NCBI GenBank assembly: GCA_050246815.1
Contig: JBFWVI010000037.1
Coordinates: forward strand, 1-20,503
Direction of reading: 5' to 3'
From: Bdellovibrionales bacterium
GTDB lineage: Bacteria > Bdellovibrionota > Bdellovibrionia > Bdellovibrionales > UBA1609
Length of the DNA: 20,503 bases
In this document: one piece after another, positions 1 to 8,371 of the stretch
Layout of the letters: every line of letters starts with the position of its first letter
How positions within the stretch are numbered: the first letter of the stretch is position 1
Program-made: the position numbers and the translations under genes
Notes under the pieces: generated by a model
Databases searched by the model: none
What the model was told of the DNA's origin: nothing
The model's input: the letters and a program-made list of their open reading frames with translations, nothing else

Positions 1-209
1 TGCACGAGTTCAAAGGCCCCTATTTATTCGGTAACTTCAGCATCGCCGACGCCATGTACGCGCCGGTCGTGAATCGCTTCGTCACCTATGACATCCCGCT
101 AGAACCTGAAATCAGAGCCTACGTCGAGGCCATGCTCAGCCTGCCCGCACATAAACTCTGGATCGATCAGGCACTGGCAGAAGAGCTGCGCGTGCCCCGA
201 TACGAATAG
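1..209 (+). CDS. Glutathione S-transferase family protein, 3' part only (truncated by window edge)
   Basis: Not in the ORF track. The frame from nt 3 reads HEFKGPYLFGNFSIADAMYAPVVNRFVTYDIPL...YVEAMLSLPAHKLW...RYE*, with TAG at 207-209. LFG-x-FSIADAMYAPV is typical of a GST C-terminal domain. Confidence 0.85.
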   Translation, partial: HEFKGPYLFGNFSIADAMYAPVVNRFVTYDIPLEPEIRAYVEAMLSLPAHKLWIDQALAEELRVPRYE

Positions 210-216
210 GTAGTGC

Positions 217-897
217 CTATTCGGTCAACCATTCCACCTTGCCACCGTTCAGATGATAGAGCGCAGGATGAATTTGAACCGTGCCGTCGGCGACTTTAGC
301 GCTGATAATTTTTGAACGCTTCAATAAATCTGCTGCCACACCTTTGGCATTTTGTCCCGACTCTGCGGCCACATCCGAACTGGCCACGGACGCCGGCAGC
401 CTTGGTTTGATGTCGCCAACCAGCGCGTCCAAGCTTGGACTTCCGTTCGTTTTTCCGATCTTGGCACTCATTGCGGCTTTGACGGCTCCGCATTGAGTAT
501 GGCCCATCACAACGATATTGCGCGTGCCCAGGTGTTCAACGGCATATTCAATACTGGCCAACACCGAAGTATCCAAGGCTTCACCCGCTACTCGGATCAC
601 AAAAATTTCGCCAAAGGCCTGATCAAACACATGTTCCGGAGGAACCCGCGAGTCCGAACAAGACAGCACGATGGCATGAGGTTTTTGACCTGTTTCTAAT
701 TTTTTAATGTCGGCCAAGGAGCGGCCGTCTTTTCGAAATTTGCCCGTCGTAAACCGCTTATTGCCGTTCGTCAGCCACTGCGTTGATTGTTCCGGCGCAA
801 CACCCGTTGCATGGGGGTGCACGTGGCCCGCATCCAAGGCAAAAACGGTCCCACTTGCGCACAACAAGAGCGAAGACAAAGTTATTCTCACAATCAC
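217..897 (-). CDS. Beta-class carbonic anhydrase with probable signal peptide
   Basis: Zn-binding motifs CSDSR and GHTQCGAV, plus GEIFVIRVAG and SIEYAV. The start is probably GTG 897 (or 891) after GGGGGT rather than 960. The N-terminus ITLSSLLLCASGTVFA looks like a Sec signal. Confidence 0.92.
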   Translation of the reverse strand: MIVRITLSSLLLCASGTVFALDAGHVHPHATGVAPEQSTQWLTNGNKRFTTGKFRKDGRSLADIKKLETGQKPHAIVLSCSDSRVPPEHVFDQAFGEIFVIRVAGEALDTSVLASIEYAVEHLGTRNIVVMGHTQCGAVKAAMSAKIGKTNGSPSLDALVGDIKPRLPASVASSDVAAESGQNAKGVAADLLKRSKIISAKVADGTVQIHPALYHLNGGKVEWLTE

Positions 898-983
898 AAA
901 TACCCCCAATAAAAAATATTTATAATAGTTTAAGGGGCGTGTCCTTCGTTTGACAATCATCTCCGGACTCGACCGAAGTCCGC

Positions 984-1490
984 TTAATCGTGGGCGAGAG
1001 CCATCAGCGTGTTGACGGTTTTTTTGATCTTCTCGATATCAAAAGGCTTTTTGATAAAATCATCTGCCCCGACTTCAAAGCCTCGCTTGACGTCCTCGTC
1101 ACTGGTGCGGCCAGAAACGAAAACAAGCGGGATATCCTTGAGTTCGGAGTGCCCCTTCATCAACTCGGCCAGCTCAAAACCGTTGATCCAAGGCAGACCA
1201 ATGTCCAAGATAATCATATCGATGGCATGACCATCCAGAACGTGGCTAAGCTGCGTGCCGTCCGAAGTCGCCACGACCCGATAGCCTTCGCCCTCGAATA
1301 TTCGCTTTAAGGCGGCACGTATGGTTTCGTCGTCTTCGATCACCAATATGGTCAGAGGCTCAACATGAGTCTTCATCTGACGAAGATCACGGATGTTGAC
1401 CACTTTTTCGCGGGCCATGCGCTCTTTGGTGATCTTTTCGATTTTATCGACCAGATCTTTGGTGTGCATTTTCCGCGGTGGCTTGGCCAT
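984..1490 (-). CDS. Single-domain response regulator (receiver) with ~45-aa basic N-terminal extension
   Basis: ILVIEDD, ILDIGLPWING (phospho-Asp), VSG and DFIKKPF motifs; no output domain. GAGG RBS before ATG 1490. Confidence 0.9.
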   Translation of the reverse strand: MAKPPRKMHTKDLVDKIEKITKERMAREKVVNIRDLRQMKTHVEPLTILVIEDDETIRAALKRIFEGEGYRVVATSDGTQLSHVLDGHAIDMIILDIGLPWINGFELAELMKGHSELKDIPLVFVSGRTSDEDVKRGFEVGADDFIKKPFDIEKIKKTVNTLMALAHD

Positions 1491-1508
1491 CAAAACCTCT
1501 CGTCGGTT

Positions 1509-2438
1509 TTATGCGTGTTGGGCTTCCAGCCATCTTTCCGCATCAATGGCCGCCATGCAACCTGTTCCCGCCGCCGTGATGGCTTGGCGGTAAATGGGGT
1601 CTTGAACGTCACCTGAAGCGAACACGCCCGGCACCGAGGTGTAAGTGCTCTTGCCCTCCGTCAGCAAATAGCCAACTTCATTCATTTTCAACTGGCCTTT
1701 GAAAAGGTCGGTGTTTGGCTTATGGCCAATGGCCACAAACATGCCATCCACCTTCAGATCTTGCAGCTCATTGGTTTTAAGATGACGGACTTTTAAGGTG
1801 CGCACCACCTCATCACCAATCACGTCTTCCACCGCCGCATCCCACATGACCTTGATTTTAGGATTCTTCAGTACGCGATCTGCCATAATTTTTGAAGCGC
1901 GAAAATGATCACGACGATGGATCACCACCACTTCACTGGCAAAGCGGGTCAGAAAGTTGGCCTCTTCCATCGCCGTATCCCCACCGCCGATAACAGCAAC
2001 GGGGACATTTTTGAAGAATGCGCCATCGCAGGTGGCGCAGGCCGAAACGCCGCGCCCTAGGTATTTGCGTTCATTGGGCAGGCCCAAATACTTGGCACTG
2101 GCGCCAGTCGAAATGATCAACGTTTGCGATTGATAGAGTTGCTCACCCACCCAAATTTTAAACGGACGCGACGACAAATCCACCTTGGTGGCGTTACGTG
2201 ACACAAAACGAGTCCCAAAGCGCGAGGCTTGTTCGCGCGTGATCATCATCAGCTCGGGGCCTTGAATGCCTTTGGCGAAGCCTGGGTAGTTTTCAACTTC
2301 GGTGGTGGTCATCAATTGACCGCCGGACTCTTCGCCCTCGATCATCAAAGGTTTCAAATTGGCACGGGCCGCGTAAATCGCGGCGGTTAAGCCCGCGGGT
2401 CCTGATCCCAAGATAATGACGTTTTCAATTTGGCTCAC
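1509..2438 (-). CDS. trxB: Thioredoxin-disulfide reductase
   Basis: GSGPAG, GGQLMTTTEVENYPGF, the CATC redox motif, GGGDTAMEEA and QAITAAGTGC. AAGGAG RBS before GTG. Confidence 0.97.
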   Translation of the reverse strand: MSQIENVIILGSGPAGLTAAIYAARANLKPLMIEGEESGGQLMTTTEVENYPGFAKGIQGPELMMITREQASRFGTRFVSRNATKVDLSSRPFKIWVGEQLYQSQTLIISTGASAKYLGLPNERKYLGRGVSACATCDGAFFKNVPVAVIGGGDTAMEEANFLTRFASEVVVIHRRDHFRASKIMADRVLKNPKIKVMWDAAVEDVIGDEVVRTLKVRHLKTNELQDLKVDGMFVAIGHKPNTDLFKGQLKMNEVGYLLTEGKSTYTSVPGVFASGDVQDPIYRQAITAAGTGCMAAIDAERWLEAQHA

Positions 2439-2528
2439 ATGGGCTCCTTCTAGGCTTTAAGAGAACTCAATGTACCAAGGCGCAGCGCAGATGGCCAGCC
2501 CCCCGTTTGGGCGCTAACATAGCCAACG

Positions 2529-2816
2529 ATGGCCAAAATATCATTCTTAAAACCATTTCCGCCGGTGGAAGTCGCGCCCGGGGACAATTTAATGCAATCC
2601 TTGCTAAAGGCAGGGCTCCCGGTGGCCAGCTCTTGCTATGGTGATGGCGTTTGCGGCAAATGCCGCCTTGAAATCCTGCAGGGCGCTGAAAACTTATCTG
2701 CCCCCAATGAAACCGAAAGCCTGCTGCGCGAGCGCTTGAATTTGGAAAAGGGGCTTCGCATCAGCTGTCAAACGGCGGTCCACGGCGATATCACCGTGGA
2801 CGCTTCGTACTGGTGA
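2529..2816 (+). CDS. 2Fe-2S ferredoxin
   Basis: C-x5-C-x2-C (CYGDGVCGKC) plus distal RISCQ; 95 aa. Confidence 0.92.
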   Translation: MAKISFLKPFPPVEVAPGDNLMQSLLKAGLPVASSCYGDGVCGKCRLEILQGAENLSAPNETESLLRERLNLEKGLRISCQTAVHGDITVDASYW

Positions 2817-2820
2817 CGGA

Positions 2821-3243
2821 TTAAATTTTGGCCTTTGGACTGACATTGTAGGTACCACAGTAGCCCTTACCATTCACGAGGGCGGTTGCCACCAGTTGGC
2901 ATTTGCCAGGCTTGTTGGTATTGAGATCCGCCTCTTCAAGCAAAATGCAGTTCGTGCAGTATTGTTTTTTAGCTGGAAATTTACCGCCGGCCCAATCCTT
3001 GTCCACGCGAGTGATCTTTTTTTCTTTCTCGGCTTGGTCGGCGTCATGCACATAACCTATGCCGGACAAGATCCCCATTGCAGCTTCATTTTCAGGGTCT
3101 TTGCGTTTTGTTTTGGTGGGGTCGACCAGCTGCAAGCCTGCCGCCCAAGTTTTTTGCCCCCAAGTCAGCAACTGAGATCCGATAAGCCCTGCGGTACCCC
3201 ACAAGACAGACAACTTCAAAAAATCACGACGATTGTTTTGCAT
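2821..3243 (-). CDS. Tat-exported high-potential iron-sulfur protein (HiPIP)-like
   Basis: Twin-arginine signal RRDFLK, GYVHDA, and four Cys in HiPIP arrangement (CTNC...GKCQL...VNGKGYC). AAGGAG RBS. Confidence 0.85.
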   Translation of the reverse strand: MQNNRRDFLKLSVLWGTAGLIGSQLLTWGQKTWAAGLQLVDPTKTKRKDPENEAAMGILSGIGYVHDADQAEKEKKITRVDKDWAGGKFPAKKQYCTNCILLEEADLNTNKPGKCQLVATALVNGKGYCGTYNVSPKAKI

Positions 3244-3350
3244 AAAGACTCCTTAAGTTCATGTTTTGCACAGCCATTATGAGAGAACACCAATCGAAAG
3301 GGAAATGAAAACCAACTGGCAATGCAAAGCACCAGCGCCTGACGTTGGTC

Positions 3351-3366
3351 GGGCACTAAACTTGCG
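3351..3366 (+). promoter_or_regulatory. Sigma-54 (-24/-12) promoter candidate
   Basis: GGGCAC-TAAAC-TTGCG: GG 3352-3353 and GC 3364-3365 separated by exactly 10 nt. Followed by GGAGGT RBS (3381-3386) and ATG 3391. Confidence 0.7.
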
Positions 3367-3390
3367 ATAGCAACGACTATGGAGGTCCCA

Positions 3391-4770
3391 ATGCAAATAA
3401 AGAAGTCCCCGACCTATGCAATTTTTCTAATCCTCTTCGGCTTAGGAGCGGTGTCCTGCTCTAAAGACAAAACCACAAAAAAAGATCCTTTCAAATTGTC
3501 GCCGCCCAGACTGGTTTTAGAAAACCAGCAGGTGATGGAATGGGACCAGTTGCAAAGTCAAAAGGCCCTTATGGCCACACCGCAGGCCAGCTTGGCCTTT
3601 GGCCCCGAAGCCGGACAACCGGGGGTTGCCGTGCAAGTGCGCGCGGCCTGCCAGCTACGAAATATCAATGTGGCCCAAACCACCACCTTTTTAAGACCTC
3701 GCCAAATGACAATTTTGCAATGGCTTCCTTTAGCCGCGATGACCGCCAATCCTGGCGAAAAGATAAATTGTCTTTTCGATTTCAAGGCCAGTAATAGCAA
3801 CGGCTCTCAGCACGTCTTTCGTTTGCCCGAACTGCAGTTGACTGCCTCGGTGGCAGGCTTAAATTTGGCAGTCAAAAAAGATGGCGCCTTTTTAGACTCC
3901 CCCACCTCAGAACCCTTGCCGATCCCGCACAACCAATTCTCTCGCCATCTTTTGGCAACCAACTCTCACTCTGGCCAGCTGAGCTTGCTGTGCGAGAATC
4001 ATATCTTGAGTTTCTCAGAACAACAGGGGCTGGTGTCTTTTGAACAGCTTGATCCACGTACTGCCAAGTCCACCCTTGATGCGACTTTAAAACTGGAGCT
4101 TTATCCAAAACAAAATTGTCGCGCTGTGGTTCTTGAAAATGGCGTGCCGACGCAAATTTCTGCTCTGCTTCGCTTGAATTTTGGTGCCACGCCCCCTGTC
4201 ACCAACTGGCAAGACGGCTCACTTCGCTACTCAGGGAAACACTTCTATCTTGGCGTGGCCCAAATCACCAATGACACTCCTCACACGCTGAAGCTGAGGA
4301 TTCCCGATCCAGGTGAGCAAAATGTGCAAATTCGCCACTACCAAAATAGATCCGCAAGCGATTACACCCTGGGCCTGACTTTTGAAGTGGATCCGGCTTC
4401 TGGCGTATCACAAACTGGCCCCGAAATAAATTTAGCAGCAGGGCAAGTTTTGCGACTGAAGGTGCGCGTAATGCAAAATCTAAGCTGCACTCAATTCGCG
4501 GATGAATTCGGCTCAAGCCCGATCTCAGGAAACTGGTATTGGCTGCGTGAAACCATTGGTGTTCACTGGTTTCAAAATCACCCGCTGGCGTCAGCCAAAG
4601 GCCTGGCCAATTCAAGTGAACGAATCGGCCTTTTGCCCATTTTGCCTCTTGATTACAAACGTGGTCAGGCTTTGAGTTCGGCCACACCAGAACCAATGGA
4701 TTTTGCCAAGGTTCAGGCCCTGCCCCAAGCTGCGCAATCGCCATGTCAGGTGATGACTCCGAAGCGGTAA
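3391..4770 (+). CDS. Hypothetical lipoprotein
   Basis: Long ORF. The RBS favours ATG 3391. Basic N-terminus, hydrophobic stretch and lipobox-like GAVS-C. No domain recognised. Confidence 0.75.
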   Translation: MQIKKSPTYAIFLILFGLGAVSCSKDKTTKKDPFKLSPPRLVLENQQVMEWDQLQSQKALMATPQASLAFGPEAGQPGVAVQVRAACQLRNINVAQTTTFLRPRQMTILQWLPLAAMTANPGEKINCLFDFKASNSNGSQHVFRLPELQLTASVAGLNLAVKKDGAFLDSPTSEPLPIPHNQFSRHLLATNSHSGQLSLLCENHILSFSEQQGLVSFEQLDPRTAKSTLDATLKLELYPKQNCRAVVLENGVPTQISALLRLNFGATPPVTNWQDGSLRYSGKHFYLGVAQITNDTPHTLKLRIPDPGEQNVQIRHYQNRSASDYTLGLTFEVDPASGVSQTGPEINLAAGQVLRLKVRVMQNLSCTQFADEFGSSPISGNWYWLRETIGVHWFQNHPLASAKGLANSSERIGLLPILPLDYKRGQALSSATPEPMDFAKVQALPQAAQSPCQVMTPKR

Positions 4771-5466
4771 TTAGTCCCGTCGCAGGAGTGCGAAGTTGAT
4801 TTTAATTCCCTCGCGCAAAAATATACTCTCGAATTGGGTCACGAAATTGGTCGCGGCCCAAGGCGAGGCGTGCAGATCAAAGCTGTGTGCCTCAAGCAGG
4901 TAGCGGCTTTCTTGGATGCGCTCAAGCGCCCACTCGAAATAATCACGACTGTCCGTTTTGATCTCAACGAAGCTGCCCGGTTTTTGCGCCAACCAAAGAC
5001 GATTTAAAAATTCAGTTTGCAAAAGTCGATGCTTATGCTGACGGCCCTTGCTCCATGGGTCGGGAAAATGAATGTAGACATTGTTCAATTCACCCTCGGC
5101 AAATAGCTCATGGGTCAAAACCGCATTGTAGCGGGCCATTCGAGCATTGGTGCTGTTCTGCCGCATGCAGCGCCGGATGGACTGAATCAAAGGTTTGTAC
5201 TTCAACTCAAGGCCTAGCAAAAGACGTTGGGGTTCACTAAAGGCGCGATGCGAAAAGTGGTAGCCATTGCCGGTGCCGATCTCCAGATCCAAGGGGTGAT
5301 TGGGGCTTGAGCGAAACACACTCTGGCGCCATGTCCCACGCTGCTTAGGTGCATCCTGCTCGTCGAGGCAAAAGGCTCCGCATTCACCATATAAGGCTTC
5401 AATGTAAATATTCGGTTTGGGAATGCTGCGGGTGTTACTCACCCGTAATTGCGCACCGCGAGACAT
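4771..5466 (-). CDS. trmB: tRNA (guanine-N7)-methyltransferase
   Basis: LEIGTGNG SAM-binding motif, GLE, HFPDPWSKGRQHKHRL, KTD and T-x-FE. Confidence 0.95.
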   Translation of the reverse strand: MSRGAQLRVSNTRSIPKPNIYIEALYGECGAFCLDEQDAPKQRGTWRQSVFRSSPNHPLDLEIGTGNGYHFSHRAFSEPQRLLLGLELKYKPLIQSIRRCMRQNSTNARMARYNAVLTHELFAEGELNNVYIHFPDPWSKGRQHKHRLLQTEFLNRLWLAQKPGSFVEIKTDSRDYFEWALERIQESRYLLEAHSFDLHASPWAATNFVTQFESIFLREGIKINFALLRRD

Positions 5467-5539
5467 GGCCCTGGTCTAACAAAACTGTCTTGCGGCTTCA
5501 ACGCTTCGGATGAAAAATAGCGCCCTTATCGGAGGTCCA

Positions 5540-7201
5540 ATGAGAGGACATGCTCTTTTGACAGTTGGTTTATGCATGATTTACACGATCACGCTTGGAT
5601 CCACGGCCTGGGCCGTTCCCAGCGAAGGCCATCAAATGGTGGCGGCTGGCCCCTCACCTGCCATGATCGAAGCTGTGCGCGATATCGCCAGTGCGGACGG
5701 CAATGTCATTGATGCGGCGGTGGCCTCGGCCCTGACATTGGCGGTGACCTCCCCTTATTATGCCGCTTTGGGTGGTGGCGGTTTTGCTTTGATCAAAGTC
5801 GGTGACAAGGTGGAGGCTTTGGATTTTCGTGAGACCGCGCCTGCCGCGACCAATCCGCAGTTTTATGCGGACAAACCCGCTAGTGCTTCGCTGAAAGGTG
5901 GTGCTGCCATCGGCGTGCCCGGTCTGCCCGCTGGACTTTGGGCACTTCATAAAAAATACGGCAAGCTCCCTTGGAAACGGCTTTTTCATGTGCCCTTGAA
6001 ATTTGCCCAAGAAGGTTTTTGGGTTTCGGGGGAGTGGGCGCGGCTGACTCGTGAAGAAAAAGAAAATTTTAACGATGCCGGCCGTAAATTTTTCTTCAAA
6101 CACGCCGGCGTGCCTTACAAGGCCGGCGAACGCTTAAAACAAATCGCTTTGGCACAAGCCTTGATCGAGCTGCGCAACAAAGGTGAAGTCGGATTTTATC
6201 GCGGCGCTATTGCCTCGGATCTGATTAAAACCGTGGGCAACACGGGTGGCGTGATGACCATGGACGACTTAAAGAACTATCGAGTTCGTTGGCTGGAACC
6301 GCTGAGCATGGAATTTCAAGGCCACAAAATTTTCTTGATGCCGCCACCGTCCAGTGGCGGCCTGGTCTTAAAAACCGCCCTTGCTTTAAGTGAAAAACTG
6401 CATTTGGAAAAATCCAAGACCTTAAGCGTCGAAGAACTGCATTTGATCGGCCAAATTTTAAGCCGCTCGTTTCGCGGTCGCGCGCTTTTGGGGGATCCGG
6501 ATTTCCATAAAAATCCATTGGAGCAGCTCAGCACTCCGGCCTACTTAAACGAGTTGGCGGGCAGCATCCGCCGCGATAAAGCCACCACGGTTTCGGCCTT
6601 GAAGGACGCCCCGCTCCCAGAGAGCACACAAACGACCCATTTTTCCATCGTCGACAAAAATGGCAAAGCGGTGGCGTTCACCGTCACACTCAACGGCAAT
6701 TATGGGTCGCGGGTGGTCACGGAACGTTTTGGAATCGCTTTGAACAACGAAATGGATGATTTCACCACCCATCCCGGCCAAGCCAATCAATTTGGATTGA
6801 TTCAGGGGCAGGGCAATGTGGTGCAAGCTGGCAAGCGGCCGCTGAGTTCGATGAGCCCCACTTTGGTTGAAAAAAATGGCCGTGTGGTTTTGGCACTGGG
6901 CTCGCCCGGCGGCCCGCGAATTATAAGCGCTGTTTACCAAGCGCTTTATCGTCATTTGGTCAGCGGGTTGAATATTGACGAAGCGATTCAGTTGGGACGA
7001 GTTCATCACCAGTTTATGCCTAATAAATTGTTTTTGGATGAAAAGCGGTTTTCGCCGGAAACCCTAGCGGCGTTGCAGGCTCGCGGGCATGTTTTGGAAG
7101 CGGGGTATGTGGGGAAGGTTTATATGGTCCGAGTAAGTGAGGATGGGAATTTGGAAGCGGCTTATGATTCACGCGGTGAAGGCTCGGCCGGCGGGCTTTA
7201 G
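5540..7201 (+). CDS. ggt: Gamma-glutamyltransferase (secreted)
   Basis: GNVIDAAVA, LGGGGF, DFRETAP, PPPSSGG, autocleavage site TTHFSIVD, NNEMDDF, KRPLSSMSP and GSPGG. GGAGGT RBS before ATG 5540. Confidence 0.96.
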   Translation: MRGHALLTVGLCMIYTITLGSTAWAVPSEGHQMVAAGPSPAMIEAVRDIASADGNVIDAAVASALTLAVTSPYYAALGGGGFALIKVGDKVEALDFRETAPAATNPQFYADKPASASLKGGAAIGVPGLPAGLWALHKKYGKLPWKRLFHVPLKFAQEGFWVSGEWARLTREEKENFNDAGRKFFFKHAGVPYKAGERLKQIALAQALIELRNKGEVGFYRGAIASDLIKTVGNTGGVMTMDDLKNYRVRWLEPLSMEFQGHKIFLMPPPSSGGLVLKTALALSEKLHLEKSKTLSVEELHLIGQILSRSFRGRALLGDPDFHKNPLEQLSTPAYLNELAGSIRRDKATTVSALKDAPLPESTQTTHFSIVDKNGKAVAFTVTLNGNYGSRVVTERFGIALNNEMDDFTTHPGQANQFGLIQGQGNVVQAGKRPLSSMSPTLVEKNGRVVLALGSPGGPRIISAVYQALYRHLVSGLNIDEAIQLGRVHHQFMPNKLFLDEKRFSPETLAALQARGHVLEAGYVGKVYMVRVSEDGNLEAAYDSRGEGSAGGL

Positions 7202-7405
7202 TCTTTCGGGCATCGGGCCTCGGGCTTCAGGCTGCTGGCCTGAGGCCCTGGGTTTCGGATCAGGTTGTATAATGCGGCTGCAAGCCTGTCGGCTTTTGCC
7301 TCTTACTCTTTTTCATTCAGTACATCTAACTTCGCCTGTGACTTTAAGCGGCTGCGTCGCGGGGAACAGTTCTTTAGCCAGTTGGTAGGTTCTAAATGAT
7401 TTCAT
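7198..7405 (-). pseudogene. Internally deleted four-helix-bundle protein (23S rRNA IVP/Avd-like, TIGR02436-type) remnant
   Basis: AAGGAG RBS and ATG 7405 give MKSFRTYQLAKELFPATQPLKVTGEVRCTE* (TGA 7313-7315). A shifted frame from ~7329 gives LDVLNEKE*EAKADRLAAALYNLIRNP. The two pieces resemble the first and last helices of this family; the conserved core is missing. Confidence 0.65.
7204..7259 (+). repeat. Degenerate 7-bp tandem array (8 units) containing a hairpin
   Basis: TTTCGGG CATCGGG CCTCGGG CTTCAGG CTGCTGG CCTGAGG CCCTGGG TTTCGGA. GGGCTTCAGG and CCTGAGGCCC (7222-7248) can pair. Confidence 0.8.
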
Positions 7406-7494
7406 GTCGGAGTCTCCTTGTTTTGGGGAGCGGTGCTCAGCATCGCCTTAAACCTGGACGGATTAAAAAAAGCAGCTGACGTCTTGGGCGCCCA

Positions 7495-7589
7495 CGTCTT
7501 CCGTCTCTGCCAAAGTCTCCGCCAACAGTCTCGGTGACAGTTCTCATGGACCTCAGTCTCAGAGCTCTGATCTCGGGGCTCTGAGGCTC
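7495..7589 (+). repeat. GTCTC-based short repeats followed by a CTCnGnn heptamer array with inverted repeat
   Basis: CGTCTTC CGTCTCTGCCAA AGTCTCCGCCAAC AGTCTCGG; then CTCAGAG CTCTGAT CTCGGGG CTCTGAG. Stem CTCAGAGC (7558-7565) / GCTCTGAG (7578-7585). Confidence 0.7.
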
Positions 7590-8368
7590 TATTTCTCGCG
7601 GCGGCGTGGCCCACCGTGCGTCGATCCCAAAATAATCTGCTTCTCGGGTAGCTGAAACATCTCGATAAATTTTCCGAAAACCGCGGTGCTTAAATCCAGC
7701 GAACGCGTGATATGCCTTTCGGTGTCGGTCCTGATCAATTCGCTAAGCTGGTGTCGATCGCTGGCGGGCAGCATGGCCTGATTTTCTTTTCGCGCCAGCC
7801 AGCGCAGAATCATGGCTTGATCGACCTCCAAGTGAAATTGAAAGCCGTAGACTTTATCTCCGTATCGAAAGGCCTGTCCCGGGCAAAGATCAGAGGTAGC
7901 CAAATGAATCGCCGCCTGGGGCGGGTCGAACATGTCTTGGTGCAGTTGAAATATTTTTTCTGGCGTTTTGTATTCGCCAAAGAGATTGTCTTTTTTGCCT
8001 TCGTCGGTCAGGTGTACTTCGTGCCATCCCATCTCGGCTTGTGGAGCCTTCTTCACATCCGAGCCAAGGACATTGGCAATCAGCTGCGATCCAAGACAAA
8101 TTCCCAGAACTGGAATATTTTTTTTAAGGGCCTCTTCAATCAGCTTCATCTCGACGAGAAGATGTTTGTGTTGTTTGGCCTCGTAAACCCCCATGGGACC
8201 GCCCAAAACAATCAAACCGCTGTACCCTTCTAACGACGGCACAAAATCCGGAGTGCGACCGAAGTTCACATAGCGAATACGAAAGCCCGCCGCTTTGAGC
8301 ATGGGGTCCAATGTGCCCAGCGGCTCATGACCCACGTGCTGGAAAATCATGATCTTACGCGCGGCCAT
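7589..8368 (-). CDS. Type 1 glutamine amidotransferase (stand-alone, GMP-synthase-like GATase)
   Basis: LGGPMGVY, nucleophile elbow GICLGSQL, and FQFHLE (His-x-Glu). Confidence 0.92.
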   Translation of the reverse strand: MAARKIMIFQHVGHEPLGTLDPMLKAAGFRIRYVNFGRTPDFVPSLEGYSGLIVLGGPMGVYEAKQHKHLLVEMKLIEEALKKNIPVLGICLGSQLIANVLGSDVKKAPQAEMGWHEVHLTDEGKKDNLFGEYKTPEKIFQLHQDMFDPPQAAIHLATSDLCPGQAFRYGDKVYGFQFHLEVDQAMILRWLARKENQAMLPASDRHQLSELIRTDTERHITRSLDLSTAVFGKFIEMFQLPEKQIILGSTHGGPRRREK

Positions 8369-8371
8369 CGC

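Noticed and set aside
3285..3350. Possible GEMM-I (c-di-GMP/cGAMP) riboswitch, prompted by CGAAAG and GCAAAGC
   Set aside because: The bases flanking GAAA do not pair to form P1, and the spacing to GCAAAGC does not fit.
7204..7589. CRISPR array or DGR
   Set aside because: Units are 6-13 bp and tandem with no unique spacers; there is no cas gene, reverse transcriptase or TR/VR pair in the window.
7137..7614. ORFs 7137-7388 (+) and 7402-7614 (-)
   Set aside because: They overlap real genes and run through repeat arrays, with no RBS or recognisable motifs.
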